Assembly (NCBI GenBank): GCA_937625935.1
Contig: OW569383.1
Location: forward strand, 310,001 to 374,000
Source: Tetramitus jugosus
Taxonomy: Eukaryota; Protista; Heterolobosea
Reading direction: 5' to 3'
Length of the DNA: 64,000 nt
Shown one piece after another: positions 22,645 to 33,900 of this stretch. Within the stretch, counting starts at the first letter, position 1, and each line of letters opens with the position of its first letter. The notes beneath the pieces are model-generated. The model was not told where the DNA came from. It saw only the letters and a list, made by a program, of their open reading frames with translations, and made no database searches. Made by a program: the position numbers and the translations under genes.

Positions 22645-23709
22645 TTACTGAATTGAACAAGCAGACGGATGTTTAGCATAATTCTCCACCTTCTTGTGAA
22701 TCGGGTCCTCAAGCATTTTGCTAGGATTTTTCATTCGGATGGAAACTCTTTGACGACCAATGACAGATATGGCAGGATAATACAAGATATCTTGTGTCAG
22801 AATGTCTGAAATGGTCAGGAAGTACTCATTGTTCTTGAAGAGATGCATGGAAGCAGTGTTTGAGGCACTCAAATTCTTCAAATCGAGCTTCATTGCAATC
22901 GTGTCACCTGTACTGAACACAAAATATTGGTTGTACAGGATAGATCGAAGATCTGAACTCATACGGTGGTCCCGTAACATGTGAACTGAATGTTGGCCAA
23001 CACTATAACTAACACCATCACTCCAAAAACCAATAACTTTGTTGGTTTCAGATTCTCCCTCCGTAAAAGGATAGGTACTCCTCTCGATTCCAACATATAT
23101 TCTCGATCTATTGTAATGTCCATTGTCATGCTCATCCAGAGTGTACTCCCAACTATATATTTTGCCCATTTCGAGTTTTCTATTGGTTCGGATCGTGTAC
23201 CACCTGTCGGTTTTCTCACATGACATTGTTCTGTTGCGATTGTACAATCGAATGTCTGAGTTAGGTACTCTTGTATCAGGATCCCAATTGATGAAATTCA
23301 AATAAACAAAAGTTCTCCACATGGAGGGTGGTGGGCAATTGGTGGTTGTTTCCTCTTCAGTAAACTCGTGGTTCTTCATTTGATTCTCTTCTTGCAGGTC
23401 TTGCATGATGGTTCGAATGGTTTCTTCCTTGTTGAATCCGAGCTGAATTGCCATAGCACCCCACACGCATCCATCGGTCTCAGGACTCATAACCAGGGAT
23501 GCACCGTGTTTGCAACTCAATGAAATAGGATACAAGTCGTGAATGCACAGGAATGTCAAAATGTTCATTTGCATGTCACATGACAGCAACTGGAAAATAT
23601 TTACAGTCAGTAATGGTTCATCTGTGTCACGGTCATTTCCCTCTTCAGCAAGGTTTTGATCGTCAGAACTTTTAATATTCTCAAATTCTTGACTTTGTTT
23701 GTCTGTCAT
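22645..23709 (-). CDS. F-box + SPRY domain protein
   Basis: F-box (IFQLLSCDMQMNILTFL..HDL..ISLSCK); SPRY (WDP…G.IYSWE…IYVGI…F.TGDTI…LD…LFKN…YYPAISV). Confidence 0.85.
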   Translation of the reverse strand: MTDKQSQEFENIKSSDDQNLAEEGNDRDTDEPLLTVNIFQLLSCDMQMNILTFLCIHDLYPISLSCKHGASLVMSPETDGCVWGAMAIQLGFNKEETIRTIMQDLQEENQMKNHEFTEEETTTNCPPPSMWRTFVYLNFINWDPDTRVPNSDIRLYNRNRTMSCEKTDRWYTIRTNRKLEMGKIYSWEYTLDEHDNGHYNRSRIYVGIERSTYPFTEGESETNKVIGFWSDGVSYSVGQHSVHMLRDHRMSSDLRSILYNQYFVFSTGDTIAMKLDLKNLSASNTASMHLFKNNEYFLTISDILTQDILYYPAISVIGRQRVSIRMKNPSKMLEDPIHKKVENYAKHPSACSIQ

Positions 23710-24183
23710 TGTGTTATGTTTCAGTGTAATGTTGGTGTTTGTTTTTTGCTGGTGTGTGAGCTAGTTCTGCTTATCTTGGGACAAAACTTGTTCTGATCGC
23801 CCGAGATATCCTGCAGGAATGTCGAAAACATGGAATCTCCAGGCTCCCGGATGACCAACATGAGAAAAATGACACTTGTTCCAATCAATGCCATTTATAG
23901 ATTCGTGTTGGATATGATCATCTCATGATTTCGATTGTTGTAGTATGACCATTACGGTTCACTTTGTTGTTTTCGTGAAAAGCTATGCTTTATGATGATT
24001 GATTATGTCAAGAGTGTGAATGCCAGTCAAATGAGGAACACCTTGTCCGTGATTTGCTGGCAAAAACTCATATTGAGTTTTTGAAGACCAGTCAAATGAG
24101 AAAAGACTTAATCTGTAATTTGCTCAATATCACTCATATCAAGTGTGAAAATGCGCGAAAAACTGCGAAAAGACAGTTCTAAT

Positions 24184-24302
24184 GTCTACGTTCATACAAT
24201 GGTGGAACCACCTCTTCCCATTTCGAATAGAGAAGTTAAGCACCATCTGGCTGAGTTAGTATTGAGATAGGAGACTACTCGAGAACCCTCAGTAATGTAG
24301 GC
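24184..24302 (+). rRNA. 5S ribosomal RNA gene (single copy)
   Basis: ~119 nt GTCTACG…TGTAGGC with pairing ends; conserved CATAC, CCCAT.TCGAA, box A GAAGTTAAGC, GTTAGTA, box C-like GATAGGAGACT; followed by oligo-T. Confidence 0.93.
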
Positions 24303-24314
24303 TTTTGATTTTTT
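24303..24314 (+). terminator. RNA polymerase III terminator of the 5S gene
   Basis: TTTT-GA-TTTTTT immediately after the 5S 3' end. Confidence 0.7.
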
Positions 24315-24422
24315 GGGTTCCAAGTTCCTGAGAACTCTTTATGATGGCTTATTCAGGTCTGTCCAAGTCTAGAACGAACGTACGACGCATCAGAAATCGA
24401 TGGTCATGTTTCGAAAACTCAA

Positions 24423-24668
24423 GACATCTTTGAATTGTTGCCTTGTGACATACTGCTACACATTTTAACCTTCTTGGAGATAAGGAGGGACCTATATCAT
24501 GTATCGTTGAGTTGTCATCATGGTGCTTACTTGGTGTTGAGTCCAGATTCGGATGAATACCTGTGGAAATCGGTGGCTCTCGCCCAATACGGATTCTCGA
24601 GCAACGAAGAGGATGAATTGACGAGCAATCGGGCAGCATGCTGCTTCTTTGTCTCGTTGTTCCTATGA
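24423..24668 (+). pseudogene. Degenerate F-box gene, paralogue of the F-box-SPRY gene
   Basis: DIFELLPCDILLHILTFLEIRRDLYHVSLSCHHGAYLVLSPDSDEYLWKSVAL aligns with NIFQLLSCDMQMNILTFLCIHDLYPISLSCKHGASLVMSPETDGCVWGAMAI; no in-frame ATG (TGA at 24342) and an early stop. Confidence 0.6.
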
Positions 24669-24941
24669 AGAAAATTCAATTGGACGATAATATCGAGTTG
24701 GAAGTGGAGTGGTTGTATTCGACATACAACTTCCTCGTAAGGAAGAAGCTAAGACGGTTTTGGATCTGGAACCATGGTTTCTCGAATTATTTCGACATGT
24801 CCAGAGTGTGACCTGTTTCTAGTATCTGGTTCGATATGCAAGGGGAAACAACGAGTGTTGAATATCAATTTTGTTACTATTAAGATTTTGGAGGGACATG
24901 ATTGGAATTTGAGTAACTCGATTTCGAGGTTTATATTTATG

Positions 24942-26944
24942 TTATTCCAATTCTTGAAGTTTGACCAATCGATGATAAATTCCCTTGCTATGGATGAGTT
25001 GTTCGTGTGAACCTCGTTCTACAATTTGTCCCTCTTTGATGACACAAATTTCATCAGCCAACTGGATGGTTGATAGTCGATGTGCAATCATTAGCACTGT
25101 TCGTCCTCTAGCAATCTCAATTAATGCTTGCTGTACGTGATATTCGGATTCGCTATCCAGAGCGCTTGTTCCTTCATCAATCAGCAGAACTTCAGGTTGC
25201 TGAATAAAGCAACGTGCTAGCGCTATTCTCTGCTTCTGACCGCCTGACATTAAACTCCCTCTTTCACCACATTGCGTTTGATACTGATCAGGGAAACGAG
25301 AGATAAAGTCATGTGCATTGGCTCTCTTAGATGCTTCGATGATTTGTTCATCGGATGCCAGCAATCTGCCAAATGATATATTCTCAGCAATAGTTGTCGA
25401 GAATAAATGAGGTTCTTGTGACACTGTGCCAATGTGCTTGGATAGCCACTTCAAATCTAATTCCCTCAAGTCTACACCATTTACTAGAATACTTCCTTCG
25501 GTTGGATCATAAAATCTCTGCAGCAAGTTACAAATAGATGACTTACCTGAAATTGCACAGGTGTCAAGTAAGTATATCGAATGTGGTTTAAATCAAAAAT
25601 AAATAAAATGTACGTACCTCCTCCACTGACTCCAACCAGTGCTACTATTTTGCCAGGTCTCAGAGTCAAGTTCACATTATTCAATACCATTGCATCGGGT
25701 CGAGTAGGATAGTTAAAGGATACATTCTTGAACTCGATGCTAATTTCATTGGCTCCTGAAATATCAACTGTGCTTTCTTTGTTGTCAATCAATGGTTTTC
25801 TGTTCAACAACTCATATATTCGCTTCGTAGCTCCCATAAATCGCAACATACTGAAATACCAATGACTCAGATTACTGACAGAGTAGGACAGGAAGGCAGT
25901 ATAGGCCAAGAATGATGCCAGTTTACCCACAGTCAACTGTTGACTCATCACCAATTTACCTCCATACCACAATACACCAGAAACAGAAAATATGCCCATC
26001 ATGATCGACACACTCATAATCATCGAATTCACGAGAGCCAGTCGACTCGATCTCACAAATGAATCTTCAATTGCTCGATCATATCTCGTTGTTTGCAAAT
26101 TTTGAATGCCCAATGATTTCACTGTTCTCATATTGGACAATGTTTCCTGAGCTACACTCGTTGATTTTGCCAAAGCATCCTGCAACTCACTCGATACTCG
26201 ACCCACATAACGCGTCATGAGTGTCATGGCAATAGTACCCGTTGGAACCAACAGCAACATAAACAATAGTAATTTCACTGATATCGATATCAAAATCACA
26301 ACACATCCAATAATTTCAACACAATGTCGACAAATGTACTCTGCTTGCAACGAAAGAGCCATCTGAATCGCTCTCGTATCACTCGCCAATCGATTCAATA
26401 AATCACCCGTATTATTCACATCAAAAAACGCAATTTCCTGCCTCACTACACTCTTAAACAGATCCTTGTTCAACTTTGCTACAATTCTCTCGCCTGCTAT
26501 CGTCATGCAATAATTGCGAATAAACGTTGATAAACCTGTTCCCAGCATTGTTAAAAACAAGTAAAACAACACTGCATGCAGCGATAGCTTTGGTTGCTGA
26601 GTAGCAGTTTGTTCCTTTTCTCCACCACCACTAACCACAAATATGCTAGTGATGCTATCCATGAGAGAACCACTCAAATTGGGCAAACACAGATTGAACA
26701 GTGTGGAAATCAAGAGAGTGATCATCCCCAGTGAGATCAAGTGCCATTGAGGTCTAGCCAACGAGAGAAACCACTTGAGTTGATCCCATGTTGGCTTTTC
26801 AGTAATGGGAATCTCTTCTTTTTTAGGCTTTGCTACTACTTGTTGCAATTTTGGTTGTTCATTCACAGGAGGAGTGACATCATCGTGGTTATCATTCTCA
26901 GACAAAGATTCAACTAGATCTTGCTTCTTCTTTCGCAGGGACAT
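24942..26944 (-). CDS. ABCB half-transporter (ABCB10/Mdl1/TAP-like); 2 exons (26944-25618, 25546-24942)
   Basis: TMD (QEIAFFD..NTGDLLNRL..D); Walker A GVSGG|GKSS split by a 71-nt GTACGT…CAG intron; MSGGQKQRIALAR, LLIDEGTSALD, IAHRLST. Confidence 0.96.
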
Positions 26945-27097
26945 CTTTGTTGTGTTTTAGCTGTTTTTGAGTTGTTCAAATTTTCTCTGTGTGAAGCTGA
27001 TGTTGTCCGATCTCAAAGCAGAAAAACAAAAAGCTTCAAAGATCAAATTCGATTGTTGTTATTGGCTCGTTTCACGTTTCACACACACACAAAGAAA

Positions 27098-27523
27098 ATG
27101 GTTTGGATTCAAAAAACTGTGACTGTTCGTGCTCCAAAGCGTGGTTGTCATCTCATTACAGATCAACTCACCAAAGAGATCCACAATGACCTCAATCGTC
27201 TCAAAATGGGTATCGCTCACTTTTTCATTCAACACACGAGTGCTTCATTGACCATTAATGAGAATTATGATCCGGATGTGAGGTTAGATATGGAATCTAG
27301 TTTGAATCATCTCGTTCCAGAGAATCAATCGTACTATAGGCACACACTGGAGGGCAGTGATGATATGCCTGCTCATGTCAAGGCGACTCTGGTTGGAAAT
27401 TCGGTTTCGGTGCCGATTACGGATGGAAAGTTGAATTTGGGAACGTGGCAAGGTATTTGGTTGTGTGAGCATCGTAATGAGTGCTCGCCCAGAAATATTG
27501 TCATTACAATCAATGGCGAATAA
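27098..27523 (+). CDS. YjbQ/UPF0047 family protein
   Basis: HTSASLTINENYDPDVR.D, HTLEG.DDMPAHVK, L.LGTWQGIWLCEHR. Confidence 0.96.
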   Translation: MVWIQKTVTVRAPKRGCHLITDQLTKEIHNDLNRLKMGIAHFFIQHTSASLTINENYDPDVRLDMESSLNHLVPENQSYYRHTLEGSDDMPAHVKATLVGNSVSVPITDGKLNLGTWQGIWLCEHRNECSPRNIVITINGE

Positions 27524-27556
27524 AAACAAACGATTGCAAGCGTTTCAAGATTGTCA

Positions 27557-28670
27557 CTATCGTTTATTTTGACTGTTTCTGTTCGACAAGAGTCTTAATT
27601 GTCTGATGGCCTTAAACTGGTCTGGTATTTCCATGAGGGCAGCCAATGCAAAGTTCACATCTTGCTGCTGGGCTGATCTCGAAGACTTCATCACCTTGTC
27701 ATAGTTTACAAACTGGAAATTATCGAATTGTCTCTCCGGTAAGTGATCATCATAATCCTCCATCATATCCCAAGGTCCATCACCTACACCTACCATAATA
27801 ATCGACAGAGGATACTTGCTTGCTTCGATTAGAGCCTCCTCTGTATCTCCTTCATTCACCACCTGTCCATCCGCAATAATCACCAAAATGTGATACTCTG
27901 GCTTATCTCTCTGCATTACAATCTCAATGGCCTTTCGTATCACTGGTGCAAAATTCGTTGGTCCAGACAAAGTCACGTGCGGAGTAATTGCATTGTAAAT
28001 GTCCAATACTTGATCGACACCGTTGCAAAACACGCCCTGTGTCTGTCTAAAGTATTGAGAGGGATCGGAGAGTTGATCAGGACTCAATGGAAAGACACCA
28101 ACGTCCTTTGTATGAAAATCACCAAAACCAAAAGCTGGAATGTAACCGTCTTCGTCCAATTGACTCAACGTTCGACCAATGACCGATATCACTCTCTGAT
28201 AAGGGTTGAGCATGTCTGGCTTGATGTCATGAAGACACTTTCCACCAAAGCTATTTCGTCCTTGACTGAATATCAGTCAACCAACATGACAAAAAATTTT
28301 GTTAGCACAAGATGGACGATCGTTAGATTGATCAAGAAACGACCAATAAAAACAAACAACAAAAAACTTACTATTGATTGGATGCCGTATAGTCAATTCC
28401 AATGATCAAGTTAGAGCTTTCGACACCTGATTGTCTCAAAGCTTCAGTCACTTCCTCCAGAGTCGTATATCGATCTGGGATCATCTTGTGAGTGGGTGCA
28501 CTGCCACTACCGCCATTTTGGTTCCTTCTTCTTTTTCTCCGACCAGAGAAGAACTTTTTGTAAAGAATGAAGGCAAAGATGGAAAAGAGGAAGAATTGGA
28601 AGAGATAGGATAACATGAATTTGAGCATTGGATATTGGTCGAGACGTATGTGGATCTTGCTCTTTGCCAT
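27557..28670 (-). CDS. Copine/RGLG-type vWA domain protein with N-terminal membrane anchor; 2 exons (28670-28372, 28265-27557)
   Basis: ESSNLIIGIDYT.SN..QG..SFGG.CLH, NPYQ.VI, LSGPTNFAP, YHILVIIADGQV, PLSIIMVGVGDGPW, FDNFQFV, ALMEIPDQ; GTAAGT…CAG intron 28371-28266. The start could be the later Met. Confidence 0.92.
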
Positions 28671-28922
28671 CGATTTTTGTTTTTTATGTTGTTCGAAAAA
28701 GAGAAAAATGCTGATGCCGATCTGAGAAAAGCTGAGCGCGCACGTGCACTCTGAACTTCAGCGAACCGTTTTTTTTTGAGGTTTTTCGCAACTACGGACA
28801 TTGATGTGTTATCTCTGTCGTTGGGGAGTGAGGAACTGCACTGATTATTCAACACAAGTGGTGATTTATTTTGTTTTGTTTACACAATTGGCTCTTTGAA
28901 AGAGAAGCAACTGGTGAGGTTT

Positions 28923-29408
28923 TTATGCAGGTGGATTGTAGCATGAATTACCAGTGTATCCATCTTTGCAGACGCAGTGATCCAATCCGTCACATGTTCC
29001 GTGACCCATGCACACAGATGGATCATTGGATGCAATACCAAAGCATTTCACAAATAGTCCATCATTGGTACAAGCAAAGTGATTGGGATTGTAGCATCCG
29101 GCGTTCACTGGGCAACAAGCCAAGTTTCCACATGATCCAGGAACAACACACTTGTTAACCAATTGCCCATTGGCACAGGCATACCAATATGGACTGTAGC
29201 AATCGGGTCCACAGGAGAGATTATACAGAGGACAGAGTCTGTTCCCATTGTTACACTGATGGGTATCCTTGTTGTAACAAGTAGGATTTCCTCCATTGTT
29301 GTTCAAGTCATTGCAGCAACCATCATTAGGTCCACAGTTTGTACAAGCACCTGCACAGGCATACACATAACAGACAAGAATCAGAGCAATTACGATGATT
29401 GGTTTCAT
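28923..29408 (-). CDS. Secreted Cys-rich protein: CBM52-like glucan-binding repeats + EGF-like domain (161 aa)
   Basis: Signal peptide MKPIIVIALILVCYVYACAG; repeats CY…C..G..LCP…CG..CYSP..Y.C.NGQL; C-terminal CFGI..NDPSVC.GHGTC….C.C..GYTG..C. Confidence 0.82.
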   Translation of the reverse strand: MKPIIVIALILVCYVYACAGACTNCGPNDGCCNDLNNNGGNPTCYNKDTHQCNNGNRLCPLYNLSCGPDCYSPYWYACANGQLVNKCVVPGSCGNLACCPVNAGCYNPNHFACTNDGLFVKCFGIASNDPSVCMGHGTCDGLDHCVCKDGYTGNSCYNPPA

Positions 29409-29825
29409 CTTATTGATTGGTTTTGAAGTGATTGGGTTTTGTTTGTTGTTTGAATCCTCCAGAGCAAATACAATCATGCACACCCAGTTAAATAGTGCTG
29501 TTGATGTTCCCACACAGAGAGCTTTTAGACAGACAAGCATCATCCATCGCGCGATGCACGAAGAATCTTCCTTAATTTCAATAACATCACCTGGATCACA
29601 CTATAAATGAAGAAGATCGACATCATGTGAATCCTTTCTGATGTGTGCACGGGTATACAAGAGCGAGATGAATATCGATGGTTCTCTATCTTTGTCTTTG
29701 GACCGATTCAAGAGACCCAAAACTCCAGAGCGAAAAAGAAAAAATCTCCGGAAGAGAATTGACGTCAATCGCAACACTTGATAATCGTCTGTACCAGTAT
29801 TTTATTTTACTGTGTGTTGTTTGCT

Positions 29826-30236
29826 TTATTTCGTCGTCGAATTCTTGGACGATGATGATGATGATGAAGAGAATGGATTCAATGATTTAAATTCGTTCCA
29901 TAGCTCTTCACCAAAAATACCGACTACTGACCTCCTTCTCACATTATTCGTCTGTTGTTGTTGTTGATTTTGTTGTTGTTGATATGTGCTATAATGTTGT
30001 TGTTGACTATTGGTAGTAGTAGTGTTATTATTATTATTATGATTGTTGTTTCGGTTCGCTGCTGCAGTTGCTGCTGCGGCCCGACTCACTTCATCCATGA
30101 CTTGATTGGCTGTTTTGGAGATGGTTTCATTGGATCGATGAACAAATTTGATAAAAGTAGGGTTGTTGGCAAGTGTATGTGTGAGTTTATCACTGATAAA
30201 GCGAGCTGCAGCTTCTATCAAACGTGGATTTATCAT
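29826..30236 (-). CDS. Small hypothetical protein (conserved-looking N-terminal helix LANNPTF.KFV.RS, N/Q-rich middle)
   Basis: ATG at 30236, divergent from PSMD5; the N-terminus loosely resembles the MRX7/NCBP2AS2-type small protein family (weak). Confidence 0.62.
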   Translation of the reverse strand: MINPRLIEAAARFISDKLTHTLANNPTFIKFVHRSNETISKTANQVMDEVSRAAAATAAANRNNNHNNNNNTTTTNSQQQHYSTYQQQQNQQQQQTNNVRRRSVVGIFGEELWNEFKSLNPFSSSSSSSSKNSTTK

Positions 30237-30481
30237 TTTTGTTTGTTTGTTGTTATTTGTTGTCTCTCGCAACTTGAAGTTGTTATTGTTGCGTGGAAAT
30301 TATTTTTCTCTCGGAAAATCATTTTTCACTATTCTATTTTCAATTTGACCGCCTCGGAACTCGAAATCTTTTTTTGATCTGACCAAAAAAACAAAACCAA
30401 AGAATACAACAAAAACACAAAATTTTGATCAGCAACATAAAACAACAACAACAACAAAAAAAACAACAAAATCAATCAACC

Positions 30482-32353
30482 ATGTCTACAACACTTCCCA
30501 ACAATTTAACTTTTCTCGAACCAATCAAACACAACCTACAGACAAACACCTCCACGATTGACTCACTCGAAAAAATCAATGCATTTCTACTTCACTCACA
30601 AGCTTCACCAAATAATAATCTTGAAACACTTTCACAACACATTGTACAATACTTGACTCTTCCACTACTACTCGAAAAAATCAACACAAAATCACATGGT
30701 CAACTCGAAAGTGCCATTCGACTCCTCCAAAAACTATTTCAATATTTGCCAAAAATATGGATTGATGAATGGTTATTATCATCGTCATCATCATCGAATA
30801 GTGATCATGATCAATTGATTCAACTAGGTTCTACTCACACTGTTAGCTCTGTTCGTAGTTTTGTTCTGGATCAAATTGCAAAACTCAGTTTTGGTCAATT
30901 GATCAACAACAACAGATTTGATTATGTACAGATTGTAGTCATGTCATTATTGGACGATGAAATTTCAATTTATCACAAGGCGAGTGATGTCGTGTATCAA
31001 TGGGTTCACTTTGCTAGTAGTGCTGCTACTTCTAGTGGACAACAACAAGAACAAGAACAACAACAACATTTGTTTGATTGCTTGTTCAACATGAAAAATG
31101 AACAACAACAATCGTTTATCAAGTTGTTAATGAAGGCAATTGAGCAAAAATCAACAATTACAACAAAGAATGCAGTTATGTTAAACAAGGAAAAACAAGA
31201 ATTGTACATGATGCGTGTGTATGAGTTGTTGGCACGCATTGGAACCACGTCTGAAAAAGCGTTTGATCAAATTGCGCTGCAAACTCACTTGTTGGACTCG
31301 TTCTTGACTCAATTGAAACAGTCATCACTGGAGAATAATGTTCTAACGCTGTTGAATATGCTAGAGATTGTCAAGAGTTGGTGTGAGAGTGGTGGAAAAT
31401 CGCAACAGATTCACGTGGTGCAATATTTTCACCAAAAGGGTCTCTTTTCAATGATTTTGCAAATTTTGATGCATCATCAGGATGATGAACTGATTTCCAG
31501 TTTCATTTTTCATTTGATTGCTCAAGTGGCGCACAATCAGAGTCATCAGATACTGTCTGATGAGTTGTTGTGCTCTGAGAATGACTTTGTGTTTGATCAC
31601 TTGTATTCGTCACTGTGTGCGACTGGCAACATCAGTGATTATAGCTCAGAGAGTGTTGCTCGACAAAAATCGGCGCTCATTATCATTGGAAACCTGTGTT
31701 CGCAGAGCAATGTTGCTCTCAAGAGATTTTTGATCCAGGATAGGCAGAGACGAGAGACCTACTTGTCGTTCTTGATGGATTATTCGTGTCAGGACATTTT
31801 GGTCACGTTCTTGCACTCGTTGGCTCAAATTACGGAACCATCTTCGGCACTCGCCAATGTCGGTAGTGAACAAGACAGGAAAGAGAGTCTCATGCTACTT
31901 TTCCGAGACCTCGAAGAACGAATCATTCCCAGTCGAACATCCAAGTGGCAAGACAATCGATTGATGAATCAACTGTTGGACATTATCAAGACCGACATAT
32001 TTGCTGATATTCGTCACGCGGTGTTTCACGTGCTGCGATCCCTAGCGTATCACTCCTGGGGTGTTCAGCATTATCTGTTGGCTCACCCCGTGTTCATCTC
32101 CTTCCTGACCAACAGAGGCACAGAGATTACAAAGGAAGCCAAGGATTGGAAGTATGGTATCGCTGAGATCATGTGGTCCACCATTAAGCGAACACCACAA
32201 CCATCACAGACAAGTAATAATGAAGAAAAAGAAGAACTATCAACAGCAAGTCTATCCACGAAGGAATATGTCACTCTCAGAGTATTTCTGCAACGAGGAC
32301 CGTACCTCGAAGACTCTGAAGCGGCAGTCACCATTCAATCCAAATCAGCCTAA
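30482..32353 (+). CDS. PSMD5: 26S proteasome base assembly chaperone S5b/PSMD5 (Hsm3)
   Basis: ARM/HEAT-like helical protein with RVYEL, L..LN.LE and C-terminal F.DIR.A…L….W…FL..R.TE..KE.KD.KY…LR.FL.RGPY typical of PSMD5. Confidence 0.8.
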   Translation: MSTTLPNNLTFLEPIKHNLQTNTSTIDSLEKINAFLLHSQASPNNNLETLSQHIVQYLTLPLLLEKINTKSHGQLESAIRLLQKLFQYLPKIWIDEWLLSSSSSSNSDHDQLIQLGSTHTVSSVRSFVLDQIAKLSFGQLINNNRFDYVQIVVMSLLDDEISIYHKASDVVYQWVHFASSAATSSGQQQEQEQQQHLFDCLFNMKNEQQQSFIKLLMKAIEQKSTITTKNAVMLNKEKQELYMMRVYELLARIGTTSEKAFDQIALQTHLLDSFLTQLKQSSLENNVLTLLNMLEIVKSWCESGGKSQQIHVVQYFHQKGLFSMILQILMHHQDDELISSFIFHLIAQVAHNQSHQILSDELLCSENDFVFDHLYSSLCATGNISDYSSESVARQKSALIIIGNLCSQSNVALKRFLIQDRQRRETYLSFLMDYSCQDILVTFLHSLAQITEPSSALANVGSEQDRKESLMLLFRDLEERIIPSRTSKWQDNRLMNQLLDIIKTDIFADIRHAVFHVLRSLAYHSWGVQHYLLAHPVFISFLTNRGTEITKEAKDWKYGIAEIMWSTIKRTPQPSQTSNNEEKEELSTASLSTKEYVTLRVFLQRGPYLEDSEAAVTIQSKSA

Positions 32354-32710
32354 GCCTCAATAAAAGCCGTGATACTTGAGCAAATTTTTTTCAATTTAGT
32401 GACCCTTACATCCTTTTTCGAAGGATAATAAATTGAAGTTGTAAGATCACCGTTTTGAAGGATGTCAAGCCTTGATTTAAGGGACAACTTGTTAATATCA
32501 GAACGAACTCCAAACACCATCAGCCTTTGCCTGTAACTCGCCAATCTCAAATTTTTGTTCGGGACTCCAAACCGATGTGACCTAGAAAACCAAAATTATT
32601 CGCGCAATTTTAAAAATTACAATAAGAAAAACAGTTATCTACGATTTTAAGTTGTTTTGAGGCAAAGAGCTATTTGCTTTTCACTTCGAAGATCAAACAA
32701 ACCAAACAAG

Positions 32711-33210
32711 ATGTCTGAATTGAATCTTTCTCCTTTGGAAACAACTCGCACGTACAAGCCTGAAGGAAAATCTGACTCTCAAGTGATGCCAATTGAAGCA
32801 GGACTCATCGAAGCCTTTCAGATCACTTCTGAAGTGGATTTTGAGGAATTCGGGAGGATGAAGGAATCATCCCCGATCCCCTGTTTGTGTTGACTGAGAA
32901 AAGAACATTTACACAGTATCTTTCTCTTCAAGACTTAGTGATTACTGATTTCAAGATGCCATTGGTGAAGAGGGCAAAGTTTTACAAGGAGCAGACTGTC
33001 AAAGGCTTTATGAAGCAAACTAATCACAAGTTTGAAAAGATCCAAGAAGAACAAAAGACTATCAATCAGAAGATTCATGAGGAACTACAAGAGCAGAAGA
33101 AGGTCAACCAAACAACTCGAGAGAAGTTGAAGGAACAAGAAAGAATCAATCAGAAGATCCAAGAGGACCTGCAAGAGCAAAAGAGAATCAATCAAACGAC
33201 TCAAGAGAAA
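32711..33210 (+). pseudogene. Copy A of a duplicated coiled-coil ORF (14-aa LQEQKRINQKIQEK-type repeats), frameshifted and truncated by the MITE
   Basis: 32816-33210 is highly similar to 34064-34385; copy A has one C fewer in TCATCCCC(C)GATCCCC, causing a frameshift. Confidence 0.8.
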
Positions 33211-33418
33211 GGGAACCGACCAGATATTATATTCACCTCCGACCCTCCCTGCCTGTTTTGAATAAATTTGAATAACACATTTTCCTGTAAATTCGAACGT
33301 TACATTAATTCTCCTACTAGGATTGGGATCAAGAGACCCCCTTTGAATAAAATATTGAATAAATTTCTCAGACCCCCTCCCTAGGGGGTGCGTAAGAAAT
33401 AATATCTGGACGCTCCCC
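33211..33418. mobile_element. 208-bp MITE-like element with imperfect 20-bp terminal inverted repeats
   Basis: Left GGGAACCGACCAGATATTAT versus reverse complement of right end GGGGAGCGTCCAGATATTAT (17/20 identical); internal TTGAATAAA and GACCC(C)TCCCT repeats; sits exactly where copy A stops matching copy B. Confidence 0.75.
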
Positions 33419-33419
33419 A

Positions 33420-33900
33420 TCAACATACCTGGGCACACATCCACTCGTTACAAGCAGCAATGCTCTCATGTTCGTAACCCAAGGTGACATGAGGGTGAGG
33501 TCCTGTTTTGAGGGGTCTTGGTTCGTCTGGTCTTGGTAGGTATGGCTTGGAGTACTCTGAGCTTCTCGCTCTTTTGCTAGGTTGTTCATTGGTTGAAGTG
33601 TATGTATTCTTCCTCACTCCTCCTCTTGTTGCACCGTTCTTTGATTGTTTGGTCTGTACTGGTTGCGCCTGTTGTGCACCCTGCTTTTCTTCTAAGGCCT
33701 TGAGTCTTGAGACCAGAGTGGCGACAATTGCATTCAATTGTTCGTTTTTGTTCTTCGCCTACCTCCTGAATTTAGTTGGGCTACAGTCGGCTTCTTGCAA
33801 GCATTGGTGTCCTGATTGCATGCAAGCAAGTACTGGTGGGACTTGGTGGATCAACTCCACCAAACGTAATCTAAAGCTTGAGAGTGACGGTATATCCAAA
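33420..33900 (-). pseudogene. Broken ORF, possibly a gag/ORF1-like remnant (degenerate zinc knuckle + coiled coil)
   Basis: One frame reads …PPVLACMQSGHQCLQEADCSPTKFRR*AKNKNEQLNAIVATLVSRLKALEEK…, with an in-frame TAG. Confidence 0.3.

Noticed and set aside
26921-27097. N-terminal extensions from non-ATG starts in the ORF track (YjbQ; likewise Hsp70, GNAT, DSP, PSMD5)
   Set aside because: They come from TTG/GTG starts; the first in-frame ATG matches the expected N-terminus in each case.
33040-33210. CRISPR-like regularly spaced repeats
   Set aside because: These are 42-bp coding tandem repeats without unique spacers; there are no cas genes and the context is eukaryotic.
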